Shown here: piece after piece, positions 51,902-63,833 of the stretch
Layout: every line of letters starts with the position of its first letter
Position numbering within the stretch: position 1 is the first letter of the stretch
Source: Macrostomum hystrix
Lineage: Eukaryota > Animalia > Platyhelminthes
Direction: 5' to 3'
Length of the DNA: 64,000 nucleotides
Assembly (NCBI GenBank): GCA_950097015.1
Contig: CATNEN010000001.1
Span: 12,276,001 to 12,340,000 of the forward strand
Position numbers and translations under genes: made by a program
Notes under the pieces: model-generated
The model's database searches: none
What the model saw: the letters and a program-made list of their open reading frames with translations, nothing else
Told to the model about the DNA's origin: nothing

Positions 51902-51958
51902 TGTTTTGTGTCTTCTATTCTCTAAGGTGTTCTTCCCCGAGTAGATTCGGACAGGAGA

Positions 51959-54900
51959 TCACTGAAACATTTTAGGTAGGCGGCGCATCATTCTGACGAA
52001 ATAGGATTTCCTCCTAGGATCGACCTGCAGCCTTTCCGGCTCTCGCCTAACTCTTTGCGGCCTCTGCTGCGGCTCCTGATCCCTAGCTTCACCTATCTGA
52101 GCTGCCTCACCTACACCTTCGGCCCTAACACTTTCTGCAACTTCCCCGTGCACAGAGGATGGGATAGGGGACAGGGTTGGAGAGGGCAACGGACTGTCCG
52201 ACGGCAGGACAACCACATCACCATACGCCTCCCCCGCCTCTTCTCCGTTGCAGATCTCTGGACCGGCCGGTTCGTGGAGATTCGACCTGGAAACAGCTCG
52301 TGGTCGCAGGTGCCACCTTCGAGCGCTCCACAGGCCGATCTCGTCGTCGTCGCTGTCGTCGTCGCTGTCGGCAGGCTCACCGGCCGCGTCAGCTGCTGGA
52401 GGGCTACCCTTGGGTGGCCTTCCGAGCTTCCGCCGTGCCGGGCTCGCCTCTTCCGTCCTGTCGCATATTGAGGCCGGTACCGGGAGCAGGTTGCGCCGGT
52501 GGACTACCAGCACCTGCTTCCTGGCCTTCCTGGTGTTGCCGTGTCGCCTGATCTTGTCCACCGTTTCGCCCTTACACTCGAGCACTACGTAGACCGATTG
52601 TCTAGGCCGATGGAATTTGCTGATCTCGCCGGATTCGATCACCGGGTTGTTAAGCAGGACCAGCTGGCCTGGGCGGAGTGGTTTCGCCTGCGGTCTTTCT
52701 TGGTAGTGTTCTTCTCGCAGCACCTGGTACCTCTCGAGCTTGTCCCGGGCACAATTGACCGCCTGGTCTATGCGCTCCTGGAAATGTCGGAGATAATCTG
52801 GCAGGTCTGCGTACTCAGCCAGCGCAGTCAACGTGTTGTCTACGGGCAGCCGGTACTCCCGTCCGAAGACCAGGAAGTACGGCGTGTACCCGGTCACAGG
52901 GTGGACACTGGTGCGCAACGCGATTAAGCACGCGGGCAGCATCAGGTCCCAATCCTTGTGATCCTTTTCCAACAAGCACGTGAGCACTGACTTGATTTGG
53001 CGATTCAGGTTTTCGACCTGGCCATTGCTGGCCGGGTTATAGGGACACGTGTGCGTGTGGCGGATGCCATACAGCTTGCAGAAGTCCTCAAACTCTGCAC
53101 TCATGAAGTTCGTCCCCTGGTCCGTGTGCAGCCAGGCTGGTGCACCGTACTCGGGAATGAACCTATCCAGCAGCAGTTTGATCACGGTTTTCGTCTTCTG
53201 GTTTCGCATCGGGTAGGCAAACGGGTACTTTGATGTTGCATCACACAGGGTGAGGATGTACCGATGTCCTCGGGCACTTGGTTGAGACAAAGGCCCGATT
53301 ACGTCGGCGTGCACACTGGAAAACTCTGCGGTGGGACTATCTCCTTCCGCCTTGACTTGCTCTCCAGGCATGTCCTGCAACGTACCACATACCCCGTCGC
53401 CTCCGACCAGAGACCGGGTCTCCAGAACCTGTCTCTAACTCTCTGCACTGTCTTGGACTGGCCGAGATGACCCGCCAGGGGTGAGTCATGCAAGGCCTCA
53501 AAGACACGCGAGTCTAACGCTTTCGGTAGCACTGGTCGCGGCGGCCGGTTGTCATCAAAGTCTATGACGAGCAACCCGTCGCGCACCTCCAGCTCCTCAA
53601 ACGCACCCAGGAGGTCTCTGACCTCCTTCGGCATCTGGAGTCGCTGATCGAACCTGGGCTTGTCTCTTCCTGACAGCTTCAGTTCCGTCAGGTATCGGAT
53701 TGCTGGGTCTTGGTGCTGAGCTTCTAGCAACTCGACCTGGCTAACCGGCACCCTCAGGAACTCTGTCACCACTGCTCTTACCGGAGGCAGCTCTCCATTG
53801 TCCTTGTCCTCCTTGTCCTTGGACCCAGGAGCCCTGGCAGCAGGGGGTGTCCTTGACAGGCGAGACTGGTCGCAACGAGTCTGACAACTCCCCTCCACCT
53901 CTGCTCCCTGTCCCACGGAGAGACCAGCAGTCGGCAGGCAGGACTGGCTGCAACGAGCCAGCGACTTCTCCCCTGTTTCCGAGAACTCCTCAACAGCAGG
54001 ATTCGGTGTCTGCAGGCAGGACTGGCTGCAACGAGCGGACACCTCCTCCTCTGTCTCCGGACACACCAGAGGTTCCGGATCTGGCGCCTGCAGGCAGGAC
54101 TGGCTGCAACGAGCGGGCACCTTCTCCTTTACCTCTGAGCCTTCAGCCACCACTTGAGTCTGCACCTGCGCCTTGGCATCACAGCCCCACACCCAGTGCT
54201 CCTCCCTCGTGGCTCCCTGGCTCCAGCTACCTTCAGTAGCTACCGTCTGCACGGCGGCGTCCACAGTCTGCAGGCAGAACTGGCTGCAACGAGCTGACTG
54301 CGGGGCCCCGTTGACAGGTGCTTCCCGCCTCACAGGCTGGCCTGCGGTCGTGTCTTCCTGACACCCTTGCAGCACCGCCTTATCTTGGCGCACCTCGACA
54401 GGCTCCAGGACCGGCTCTTCCACCAGTCCTTCAGACACAGCTGCTTCCCATCCTGGTCGGCCGTCAACGACATCTTGCGCCTTGGGTTTCACAGCTCGCA
54501 GTGGCTCTGCGGCTTCGTTGACTTCAACCTGTTTATTGTCCCTTGCCTGTCCCTCCTCCAGCTGACTCGAGAATTGGCGGGTGCAAGCACTCGCACCGAA
54601 CTGGTTGTGGGGTGTCACCACCCCACAAGAACAATTGACCGGGTTATCCGGCTTTCTCGACATCGAGTCAGCATTTTGGTGAGACTTTCCAGGACGATGA
54701 ACAATGGTGAAGTCAAACTCACTCATTCTCTCAACCCAACGGCCTAAGATGCCTGTCGCCTCGGTCTGATGCATGAGCCACAGCAGGGCCTTGTGATCGG
54801 ACCGGACAACAAACTTCTTGCCAACCAGGAAGTACCGGAAATGCCGCATCGCATCTACGACTGCCAGCAATTCTTTGCGGGTCGTAGTGTAGCGGGTCTC

Positions 54901-56976
54901 CGGCCCTCGCAGCTTCCGGCTGTAGTAGCCAACAGGCCTTTCTACTCCATCAGACTGCAGCTGATTCAGACAAGCCCCTATGCGGTCATCAGAGGCATCT
55001 GTGTCCAGGACGAAAGTCACCTTCGGGTCAGAGGTGTACTCCGGGTACGCCAGTACCTCCGTTGAGCACAACGCATCCTTCAATCCCTGAAAGGCTCTCT
55101 CATGCTCTGTCTTCCACAGACCCTTCAAGCTGGTAACGTCCCGCTTAGTGAGCTCGTGCAATGGTGCTGCAATCCCTGAGTAATTGCGGACGAACTTCTT
55201 ATAGTACTGCGCCAACCCCAAGAAGCTGCGCAATTCTTTGGCGCTTCGAGGTGTCGGCCAGCCTCTGAGCTCGGCGATCTTATCCTCGTTCGTCAGGATG
55301 CCTTCTGGTGTCACCACATGGCCTAAGTAGTGCAGCTCCCTCTTGAACAGGTGGCACTTCTTCGGCTTCAGCTTGAACTGGGCTTCACGGATTCGAGTCA
55401 GCATCATCCTCAGATGCTCCAAATGGTCGTCAAAGGTAGGCGAGTGGACGAGTATATCATCGATATACCCCAACGCTACCTTTGGCGTCAGCCCCTCCAG
55501 CAGCTTGTTGATGCAGCGCTGAAAGGACCCTGCCGAATCCGTCATGCCCATCGGCAACACAGTAAACTCAAACTGACCTCTGTGGTGAACCGAGAACGCG
55601 GTCAGGTGTCTATCCTGCTCTCTCAGCGGGATCTGCCAGAAACCTTGTGCAAGATCGAGGGCGGAATAGTATTGCGCCCCTCTCAAATGCTCAAAGGTCT
55701 GCTGTATGTCTGGCAGCGGATAGACGTGCTTCAGGCAGCGGCTATTCAACTCGCGATAGTCTAGGACAATCCTGATAGTCTTGTCTTTCTTAGGGACAAT
55801 CAGGAGAGGCGTGTTGTAGCTGGAGAATGTCGGCTTGATGATGCCTTTCGCCAACATCTCATCCAGCATCTTGTCCAACTGTTCCATCAAGTGAGGCGGG
55901 ATCCTCCTCGGTGGAATGCGAACTGGAGTGGGATCTGTCACAATGATCTCATGAGTGACTAAGTCAGTGACACCATGGTCCAGGGGATGCATTGCGAATG
56001 CCTCGCGGCACTCTCTCAACATCTCCTTAACCCGATGCCTCTGCTCCTCGGTCAACCTCTCACAAATCTCCACCTCCTCTAGCCATGCCTCATCGCTCTC
56101 CAGCCCTTCTGCCTGAACCTGCCTGACCGGCGTCTCCTCTAGCTCTGGTAGATATTCGAGTTCGTCGGCCTTCAGTGGCCTCGCTAGCCCTACAAGACCA
56201 TTGCGTCGAATGACCGCCGGGAAGCAAGAGGTATTGATGACTTCAACACACCCTGTCCCGTCAGCCATCGTCAGCAATGTCGGGGCCATCTCGACCTGAG
56301 ACGCCCCTGGCTTCAGTCCTGACCTCAAGGACTCAACAAGCAGCGGCGTGCCGTGACAGTCAGTCCGGCCACCCGCTAGCTTCACCGCTACGAGCATCGA
56401 AGAGCGCGCTGGCATAGTGGTCTGCTCGAGTGAGTAAACCCGACTGGCCCTCGCCTCTCGCCTCGTGAACCTCAGCGGCACTCTGGTTCCTGACTTCATG
56501 GTCAGCATCCCCTTCGGAAAGTCAATCTTCTGGGTGTGCTGGCGCATGAAATCAATTCCTAGGATGTTCTCGTGCTCGCCCTTCGTCACGCAGAACTCGA
56601 CGTCTACAGCGTAGTCGCCGAGCCTGACCTCAAAGGCGACTCGCCCTAAAACCGGCAATCGAGAACCATCAAAGTTGCACAGGGCACTCTCTCCTGTCAG
56701 CACAGAGTGCGGCACTACATGCCGCAGAGATGCCCACGTCTCACTTCCAATCAGACAGCGCCTGCTCCCTGAGTCTAGGAGAAAAGGCACCGTCTTCTTG
56801 GAAACCATCGCCGTCACATAGGGGTCAGCGTTGGAGGCATACCAACGCTCGAGGAAGCTGGTGCTAGGAGAGCCCCTACCCTCTCCTCCAGCTGACTCCT
56901 CAGTCTCCCTCAGGCCCGTCCAGGAACTGGACTGCGAGGGGCACTGCCGTCCGTGCTCCTCGCCGTCCCGTTTCCC
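51959..56976 (-). CDS. pol: Gypsy Pol (PR-RT-RH-IN) with a frameshift near 53320 at the start of the integrase core
   Basis: LLDSGS, YIDDI, LDTDAS, HHCC, VHADVIGP, TDQGTNF, NGQVE. Confidence 0.93.
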
Positions 56977-58184
56977 GACGTCTGAGTGCCTTGGGCCTGC
57001 AGCTCGGACTGCTGCCTGGGCTCTTGCCGTTGCTCTCTCGGGTACCCCCGAGTGTGGTGCTCGTAACGCGGCTTGGGTGGCCTCGTCGGGCAATCACGCC
57101 TCAGGTGTCCGAACTTCCCGCAACCAAAGCATGCCCCTCTTGGCGGCGCCGGTCCTTCCTGCTGCACGGCTCCTTGTGGTCGGCTGAGCGCCTGGACCAG
57201 CATCTCCTGCATCTTCTGCTGATGCTGCAGCTGCTGACCCTGGACCTCGACCATTTTGGTCATCAGCGATTCGAGTCCCTTCAGCGCAGCGGTAACACCT
57301 TGCGGTGGCGGCCGCGCATTCAGGTCCCCATCCTCGCCGTGCACCATCCGAGCCGGCCCATCCTTCGCCCTCTGGACTGCCTCGTCGACCACCTCTAGGC
57401 GCTTTAGCTCTCGCCTAGCTTCCAGGAGTGTCCTAGGGCGAGTCCGCAACAGGTGCTTGCGGTTCTCAACCGAAGTCCGAACTCCCTTAATAAACTGGTC
57501 GACCAACTCATAGTCCAAATCTCTTTGGCGAAGGTTGGTATAGGCCTGCTCGCCGAGTCCCTGCAACGCATCAGCATAGTCATCAAGCGTTTCCGCTTTC
57601 TTCTGATAGCGATTGCGGAACTCGTCTCGGTACTCCTCAGGGCTACTCAGCGGCGCGAATCGCTCCACAATACGCTCCTTGAACTGGGCATACGTGAGCT
57701 CTTCGGGCAGCTTCATCCTGAGGACGGCATTCAGGCACTGTACATCGAGGTGGTCGAGTAGAAGGGCCTTGCGTGTCTCCGAGCTGCGAATCGCAGCCCG
57801 GGCGCAATACGCTTCAAACGCGTCCACCCACAGATGCACGTCCTGACCCCGAGAAAACTTGGCAATCTTCGCCGTCCTACCTTGTTCCACCTGCTTCTCC
57901 ATCAGGTTGAGCATCCGGTACACCAGGTCAGCCGTCGCCCTGTCGTCCAGCCTCGGTCGTCGTCGCCTTGCTGCCGCTGCCGCTGCGCCCCGGTCGTCCT
58001 CGCCGCCGGACTGGTCGTCGTCGCCGAAGTCGCTCTCGCTGTCCTCGCCGTCGCCGACGCAGCCGTTTCCGCGGTCATACCATCTTGACCGAGCTTCCTG
58101 CAGCGCACAGCCACCGCGAGACTCCTTGCTCCGGGCTACCTGCTGCCTCTCCTCCCTCTCAGAATCCAATTCCTCTTGGGACAT
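56910..58184 (-). CDS. gag: Gypsy Gag, 424 aa
   Basis: Retrotransposon gag-like core and the knuckle CFGCGKFGHLRRDC. Confidence 0.92.
   Translation of the reverse strand: MSQEELDSEREERQQVARSKESRGGCALQEARSRWYDRGNGCVGDGEDSESDFGDDDQSGGEDDRGAAAAAARRRRPRLDDRATADLVYRMLNLMEKQVEQGRTAKIAKFSRGQDVHLWVDAFEAYCARAAIRSSETRKALLLDHLDVQCLNAVLRMKLPEELTYAQFKERIVERFAPLSSPEEYRDEFRNRYQKKAETLDDYADALQGLGEQAYTNLRQRDLDYELVDQFIKGVRTSVENRKHLLRTRPRTLLEARRELKRLEVVDEAVQRAKDGPARMVHGEDGDLNARPPPQGVTAALKGLESLMTKMVEVQGQQLQHQQKMQEMLVQALSRPQGAVQQEGPAPPRGACFGCGKFGHLRRDCPTRPPKPRYEHHTRGYPREQRQEPRQQSELQAQGTQTSGNGTARSTDGSAPRSPVPGRA
56925..56976 (-). promoter_or_regulatory. Programmed -1 ribosomal frameshift signal
   Basis: G GGA AAC in the gag frame (56976..56970), followed by a GCGAGG-AGCAC...GTGC-CCCTCGC stem; pol lies in the -1 frame. 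Confidence 0.8.
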
Positions 58185-60661
58185 GGCGTCCGTTTCCGCA
58201 GTGAATGAGTAAAAAGGCTAACTCGAATCACACCGCTTTGCCACCAATATTGTACCTGTGGTAGCGTGGCACACACAATTGGTAAAAATAACCAAGACAG
58301 GAACTAGATTTCGAGAGAGAGAGAGTTTATACCGGCCTCAACACTGAATGCTTCGTAGCAGTGGACAACCCGGTAGTCAGGCTAGATTTACCTAGTTTTC
58401 TCGGTCTTGTCTTGAATCAAACAATGATTCTTGCAACCTGGTTCTGCTCTGAAATCTGACGATGTACTCTGCTTCGAAACGCAGTACACGGTCTGACTTC
58501 ACTATAAGTAAGCAGTAGTTTAGCTCGCAAACGTAGACACCAACAATGCAAGAGTTGCAAGGGATGCAAGACGTAAGTGTCGCAAAACGGAATGAAGACT
58601 GGAGACAAGAAACGTGCATATTCGTACAGAAGTTGTGTTTACCATGGCACTAACACCATCTCAAGAATTCGTCGGACTGTGCTCTACTCATAGTAGGAGC
58701 ATTTGAGCGTTGTTATGCCAGTCTTCTTCCGAACTTAAGCGATTGCACCATGGTGTGCAATGTGACTCAGTGCGCAGACAGAGCTGGAACAATAGAACGA
58801 GAGAGGAGGGGGGTGGCGAGCGGAAGTGACAGTGCACGGGAAACACTAACTACCAACCCCAAGCCCTCCCACAGACCTAGAACAGCCTGACTCACAGATT
58901 GCCTGGAGGCTGCTCAGCAGTCTACAGCACATCACCTGCATATGTCAACGTGTTTGATAAAAATTATGTTATTTATTTCATACATGAAACTGTTGAGAGC
59001 ACTTTTTTAGTTGTAACTGAAAATAAAATTAAATTTTATTCCACGAAATTGCGACTTTCCGAGAAATGACTTGCTTTATTCCGATTTTCTTTTTGCTTGT
59101 ATTGCTCATGTGTACTACAGTTTTATACACATCCAGACAAATTTTTGACTTTCTTCATTTGTAAGTGAATTTCTAAGCCCTGCTCATCGTACTAACTGCG
59201 ACTGCAATGTTCCAAACAATAAGTAGCTCAGCATTGCAACTATTGCCCTTGTATGAGGCCCCTAATATTATAATAAATGACTTAAAGAGTCAGTTCAATG
59301 CAGCTATCTTATTGTGAATGGACTTTGCAAAAGCAACTGGAGCTACATCCTTCGACCTTTGACGCTTTTAATAAAGCTAACACTGGCTTTATATAGCTAT
59401 GATATATATTATCATACTAAATTCCCCCTCTCTTTTCTAGTCACACTCATCAGCAGACTTCTCTTTTCTTATATGCCTTATTCACATTGTCAAAAATTAT
59501 TTTGAATCAAATCCCATTTTATATAAAACATGTAATGTTGTGCAAGTAAGTAATCACTTTTACTGAATAGAACCATTTTATTCCTCTTCCATATGCAAAA
59601 TGCTTGACAATTGTTGGGGTCAATTGGCAAACAAAGTAGCCTTCAATCTGGCCTACAATGCCATGTATACCCGATGATATATAATGCATTTTGCTCAAGC
59701 GTCTGCCCAACTGACAGTGCTTTTTTAGTTTTTTTACATACTGTTTGCTAGTCTAAGATTTTCTTTTCCTAAATATGATATAGATTTAATTTATATAAAG
59801 GAGCATGCAATAAGTTTCAAACTGCACCCGGAATTAAGTTTATACAATTTTATTTATTTATATGCACCAAAAAGTTAGGAAATCAGGAATCTTTAAAGCT
59901 CCGTTAGTATTGCACTTTAATCCATAAGACATTGAATTCCGCGTTAGTTCCTGACTTAAACTCTGATCGCAGTAGTTTCCGATCTAGAATAGTTATAGAT
60001 CATTAGCTAGATCTTGAAAGAGTCGATAGTCATACTTAGTTATTGCGTTCATGTCATCGACACAGCGAATACACTGCTAGACTACTACAGTAGACTACAG
60101 CTTGGACTTACGATCGAAAGAAGAAGAGTGAGACATCAAACCGAGAAGCAACACACACTAAACTTGATGCGCTATAGTCTGTCTGTCTATCACTCTGTCT
60201 GTCTGGGTTATATACTTTTGTCTAATAGCTGACAATAATTAACTTAAAGTACATAAATGACTTCTTTGTTCTTTGTTACTTGAATTGCTAGCAAAGTGTG
60301 TTTATTAGCTTACAGTACTTTTCACAAGTGGTCAACAGTAGAGTTTTAATGCTTTCTCCTATTCTCCTATTGAATTTCTCTGTTCAAATTTCGCTTTGAC
60401 AACAAGGCACAATAATTCTCATTGAGCTGTCTCAAGAGGTCTCTTAAACCGAATTAAATCTAGACACGGAGGAGAGCAAGTACTACTTATACGTAATGTC
60501 GATATGAACGAATATTTAAACAAAGCGGCAAAAATAAGAAACAACAATAAATCCTTGTTTCCAATAACTCAACCAATAAATTGCTCAATGTATTTATTGA
60601 GCAATGTATTTATTGCTAAAATGTATTTCAAATTCTTTTGCAAAACATTCAAAAGATATAT

Positions 60662-60779
60662 TCATTTCTTTTTTCCCGCCGCGGCGGCAGCCGGCGGCGG
60701 CGGTGGAGGCGGCGGAACTGACTGGGCCGTTAAGCCCATTCGGGCAACCTCTGCTGTCAAGTGCGCTGTGCTACCTGAC

Positions 60780-60827
<48 letters not shown>

Positions 60828-61036
60828 GGCGGCGGCTGCTGCTGCTGCGTTGGCGGCTGCTGCTGCCCCTCCTCCTGCTGGAGGGCCAGGGCGACGGCCC
60901 TCATACGGTCGCACCGGATGACCCGGTGCGGCCCACCGCAGAAGTAACATCCTGCGGCTGGACCGCCCCGGGGTCCGGTGCGACGTCGACCGCCTCTCCC
61001 TGGCCCGCCGCTCGTGAAGTAGTTATTAATGTGCAT
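60662..61036 (-). CDS. Small RGG + CCHC-knuckle + polyQ/polyP protein, 124 aa
   Basis: GC-rich ORF in an AT-rich context; GRGGRRR..PRGG and C-x2-C-x3-H-x4-C; AATAAA on minus at ~60614 and ~60598. Confidence 0.55.
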
Positions 61037-61707
61037 CTTAATGAATGCTTGATTCCTTCAGTCAGTCAGATTGCTTGATTGCTGATGTTGTTGTTGATCG
61101 TCTGTCTCTCTAGTCTTGGGTATGAATCTTATAACTTTAAATACCAGTCCAGCATGTCTGCGCTAGACTCACGGGTTTTAAGGGGCTTACTCGTTTCTGG
61201 AATTTTCCAGATATATTCCATATTGCATATTCTACCATTCCAAACCAGCTCAGCCAATTACAACTAAACGCCCTCGTTTCTGATTGGCTGCCGGCTAAAA
61301 CTGGCCCTCAGCCCCCGCAGCCAGTCGTGAAATGAATAGTCATTATTTGAATGGTCTATAGTCTCATTGTACGCTTAACTCAGTTTGTGGGTTATCATTT
61401 AATCAGTGTACTTTTTTCTCAGGCCCTTGCTGAGACTGTATAAAATGTTATTATAGCTACCTTGCACTATAATCAAATATATTTATATTAAAAAAATAAC
61501 ATGTAATAATTGCACTAAAAAAGCAGTTATGGGGCAGTAGGAACTGTCGATTAAGCAGGTAAAACCATCAAGCAGTAGTCAGAGACTGGTGCAACAGAGG
61601 CACTGATAACTCAAGTCATTCTGACTACTGCCTGACTCGCTTCACTGCGATAGGTGCATGCATTGGGTATAGACAATGGAACATTCATGCAGCCACCATT
61701 ACACAAA

Positions 61708-62460
61708 TGATGTGGAGTGTGCTGCGGGAATCGAGCGGGAATGCAAGCCAGCATAATTTTTCAAATTTTTAAGCACCTAATAATTGCGACCCACATAGCA
61801 GCTGGCCGCAAACACGATCATTAATCTTAGGGTTGGGTTTGGGGCGGCGGTGAATTAAGTAGCCGTCGAATCCCTTCTCCCTGGATCTGTCTAGACCCCT
61901 GTAGGAATGACTGATCGCGGCCATAGCTTTTATTGTATGAGTAGTTTAGGTCATAATTCTCCTCCAAACCGCGATCAGATATTGGGAATCACTCGGGCAT
62001 TATGAGTGATCATTAATTCTTCATGTCCCCACTTCTTTACAGTATTCGAGCCCAGCTCGACTTTATGACCTCCCTCCTTTAGATACATGTAAATGTCACT
62101 GTAGGCAGGTCGGCGCCTGCGCTTCCCATTGTCCTGACGGAGTAACAATTATTGGCCGTCTCCCGGCGGCTGCTCTCGAGGAGCATCTGTCGTTTCTCGC
62201 CGTCGGTTCATTGGGTAATCGGGGCGGCCATCGCCGCTTCGATTCCCCGTTGACAGGCTGGCGCGAATGTGGGTTGCTTTGATGGATGTCGGGGTTGGCG
62301 TGCTGCAGGACTATTTAAGGAAGCGCGCTGCGCTGCCCCTAGAACAACCTTTTTCCTTTCCTTTTCCCGGACCTATTCCTTTGCCGGGCCGGACTCCCAC
62401 CGGACCCAGAGCACTATTCCGGACCCACGTAGGGCTTAGACCCTTGAGCCTTGAGCTCCG
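61708..62460 (+). mobile_element. Long-LTR family copy C: 5' part of the LTR, diverged and truncated
   Basis: Starts TGATGTGGAG; reverse complement of ~45277..44630 with an extra ~120 bp (61922-62040). Confidence 0.75.
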
Positions 62461-62589
62461 AGCAGATAGTACGGGCCAATTGCCCGACGCCACCTGCCCA
62501 GAAGGTAGTCCTTGATCTCGTCAACCATCTTGCGGTGCGCCGACTGACCGACAGTAGGGGCAGCAGTGCTGGCTGACACAGATGCAGCC

Positions 62590-63833
62590 TCTTGTCGGAC
62601 TTAAAGGCAGCCATGTTGCTACCCTTGGTGATATATTTAACGACATACTTGATCGCCTTGACTGTCGCGCAGATCTCGACATTAAGGTGACAGCGAAACT
62701 CGCGCAGCAGCGCTGGGCAGTACGGAACCACCCAGCGGTTGTCGAAGGTGAAATTAGCCTTCTGACCGCCGCGCAGCTTGGCCATCTTTGTCACCGAAAA
62801 GCCGCCCAACTCGACAGATCTGCGGCAGTAGTGCGGGTAGCCGTCTTCTTCAATCCTTGTGGCTGCTAGGAATGCCCTCGGGTAGCGTTTGCTCCATGCA
62901 CGGCGCCGCCGGGTTGAGCTGCTGGCCACACGGACTATGCAGCAGATTCTCGGCGACCAGCTTGTGCAAGTCCGCGTCGGCGACTGGGTCCGGGATCTCG
63001 GCGCTGATGATTGAGTCGTACTGGTCCAGCTTCAGCTTGTCGGCCAGCCACAGCAGAGCGTGCACGTGGGGAAGACCTGTTTTATTTAATGCGGAATCAC
63101 GGATTAAATATTGAATAACCTGTACTGTATACGCCAATTAGTAAATAAACTGCTTATATTTCATTCAATTATAAGAACATATCTTTGCCCCTACCTCGAT
63201 TCTGGTACTCGAGGGCACAGACTCCAACCAGCGTGTCCCCGAACAGATTCTTCAGCCTGTTGAGGAAGACCTTCTTCTTCAGCTCGAACACCCGGGCGGT
63301 GATGTCCAGCCGATCGACGGCAGTCTGGCCCGGAAGCAGCTCAGCCAGAATCTCGGGCCACTTGGGGTTACACGTCATCGTCAGGAACAGGTCTGGGCGG
63401 CCATAGGCGTGAACGTATGCCATGGCATCCTGCTGACGCTCAAGACGGTAACGTGGGCCTCCGACGTAGCTGGAGGTCAGGATGATATGCTTCCCGACTT
63501 CTTCCGGGTTGCCGTCGTCCTCGTGCAGCGCGTCTCGGAGACCGCGAAGACTCTCGGACTGCAGGTCTTTCTAGTGCTGCCGAATGAAGCTGAGGCGCTC
63601 GGATTCGATCTTGGCAACCTGGTCCACCAGGTACTGCTGGAAGAGCCGGCGACCGTACAGCAGGCTGTTGAACTGGCCTGGCCGCACCTGAATCATGAAG
63701 TCGTAGAACTTCATGTTGGTGATGCCGCGATCCTGCTTGAGCCCAATGTGCCAGCCGTCCTCACCGAAGGGGAATAGGAGCAAATACTGCAACGGATCAT
63801 AGGAGCGGTGGGTCTCGCAGATATCTTGCAGGC
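62590..63833 (-). mobile_element. Degenerate Helitron Rep (HUH) fragment with an intron (63194..63077); helicase absent
   Basis: YDPLQY.LLFP.G, RLFQQYLVD, GRPDLFLTMTCNPKW, EYQNR/GLPHVH, DNRWVVPY, HLNVE, KYVVKYITKG; one stop and several frameshifts. Confidence 0.9.

Larger units (their letters stand above)
49938..58934 (-). mobile_element. Young full-length Ty3/Gypsy retrotransposon, 8997 bp
   Basis: 687-bp LTRs (49938-50624 and 58248-58934) with one difference seen by eye; TSD CCTG (49934-49937 and 58935-58938); PBS 58246..58231; purine tract GGAGGAGAA next to the 3' LTR. Confidence 0.96.

Noticed and set aside
58223-58246. tRNA gene
   Set aside because: Only a PBS-length complement of a tRNA 3' end; no cloverleaf
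43860-58619. Duplicated small ORFs (43941/48546, 43860/48669, 50082/58392, 50107/58417)
   Set aside because: They lie within duplicated LTRs, so identity reflects the DNA repeat and not coding constraint
60504-60947. Poly-Cys and poly-Ala ORFs on plus
   Set aside because: Antisense readings of the CAG tract in the minus-strand ORF
48330-62460. Copies B and C as the 5' and 3' LTRs of one element
   Set aside because: No polypurine tract precedes 61708, no gag/pol lies between them apart from the nested Gypsy, and the pieces do not overlap for comparison; unproven rather than excluded
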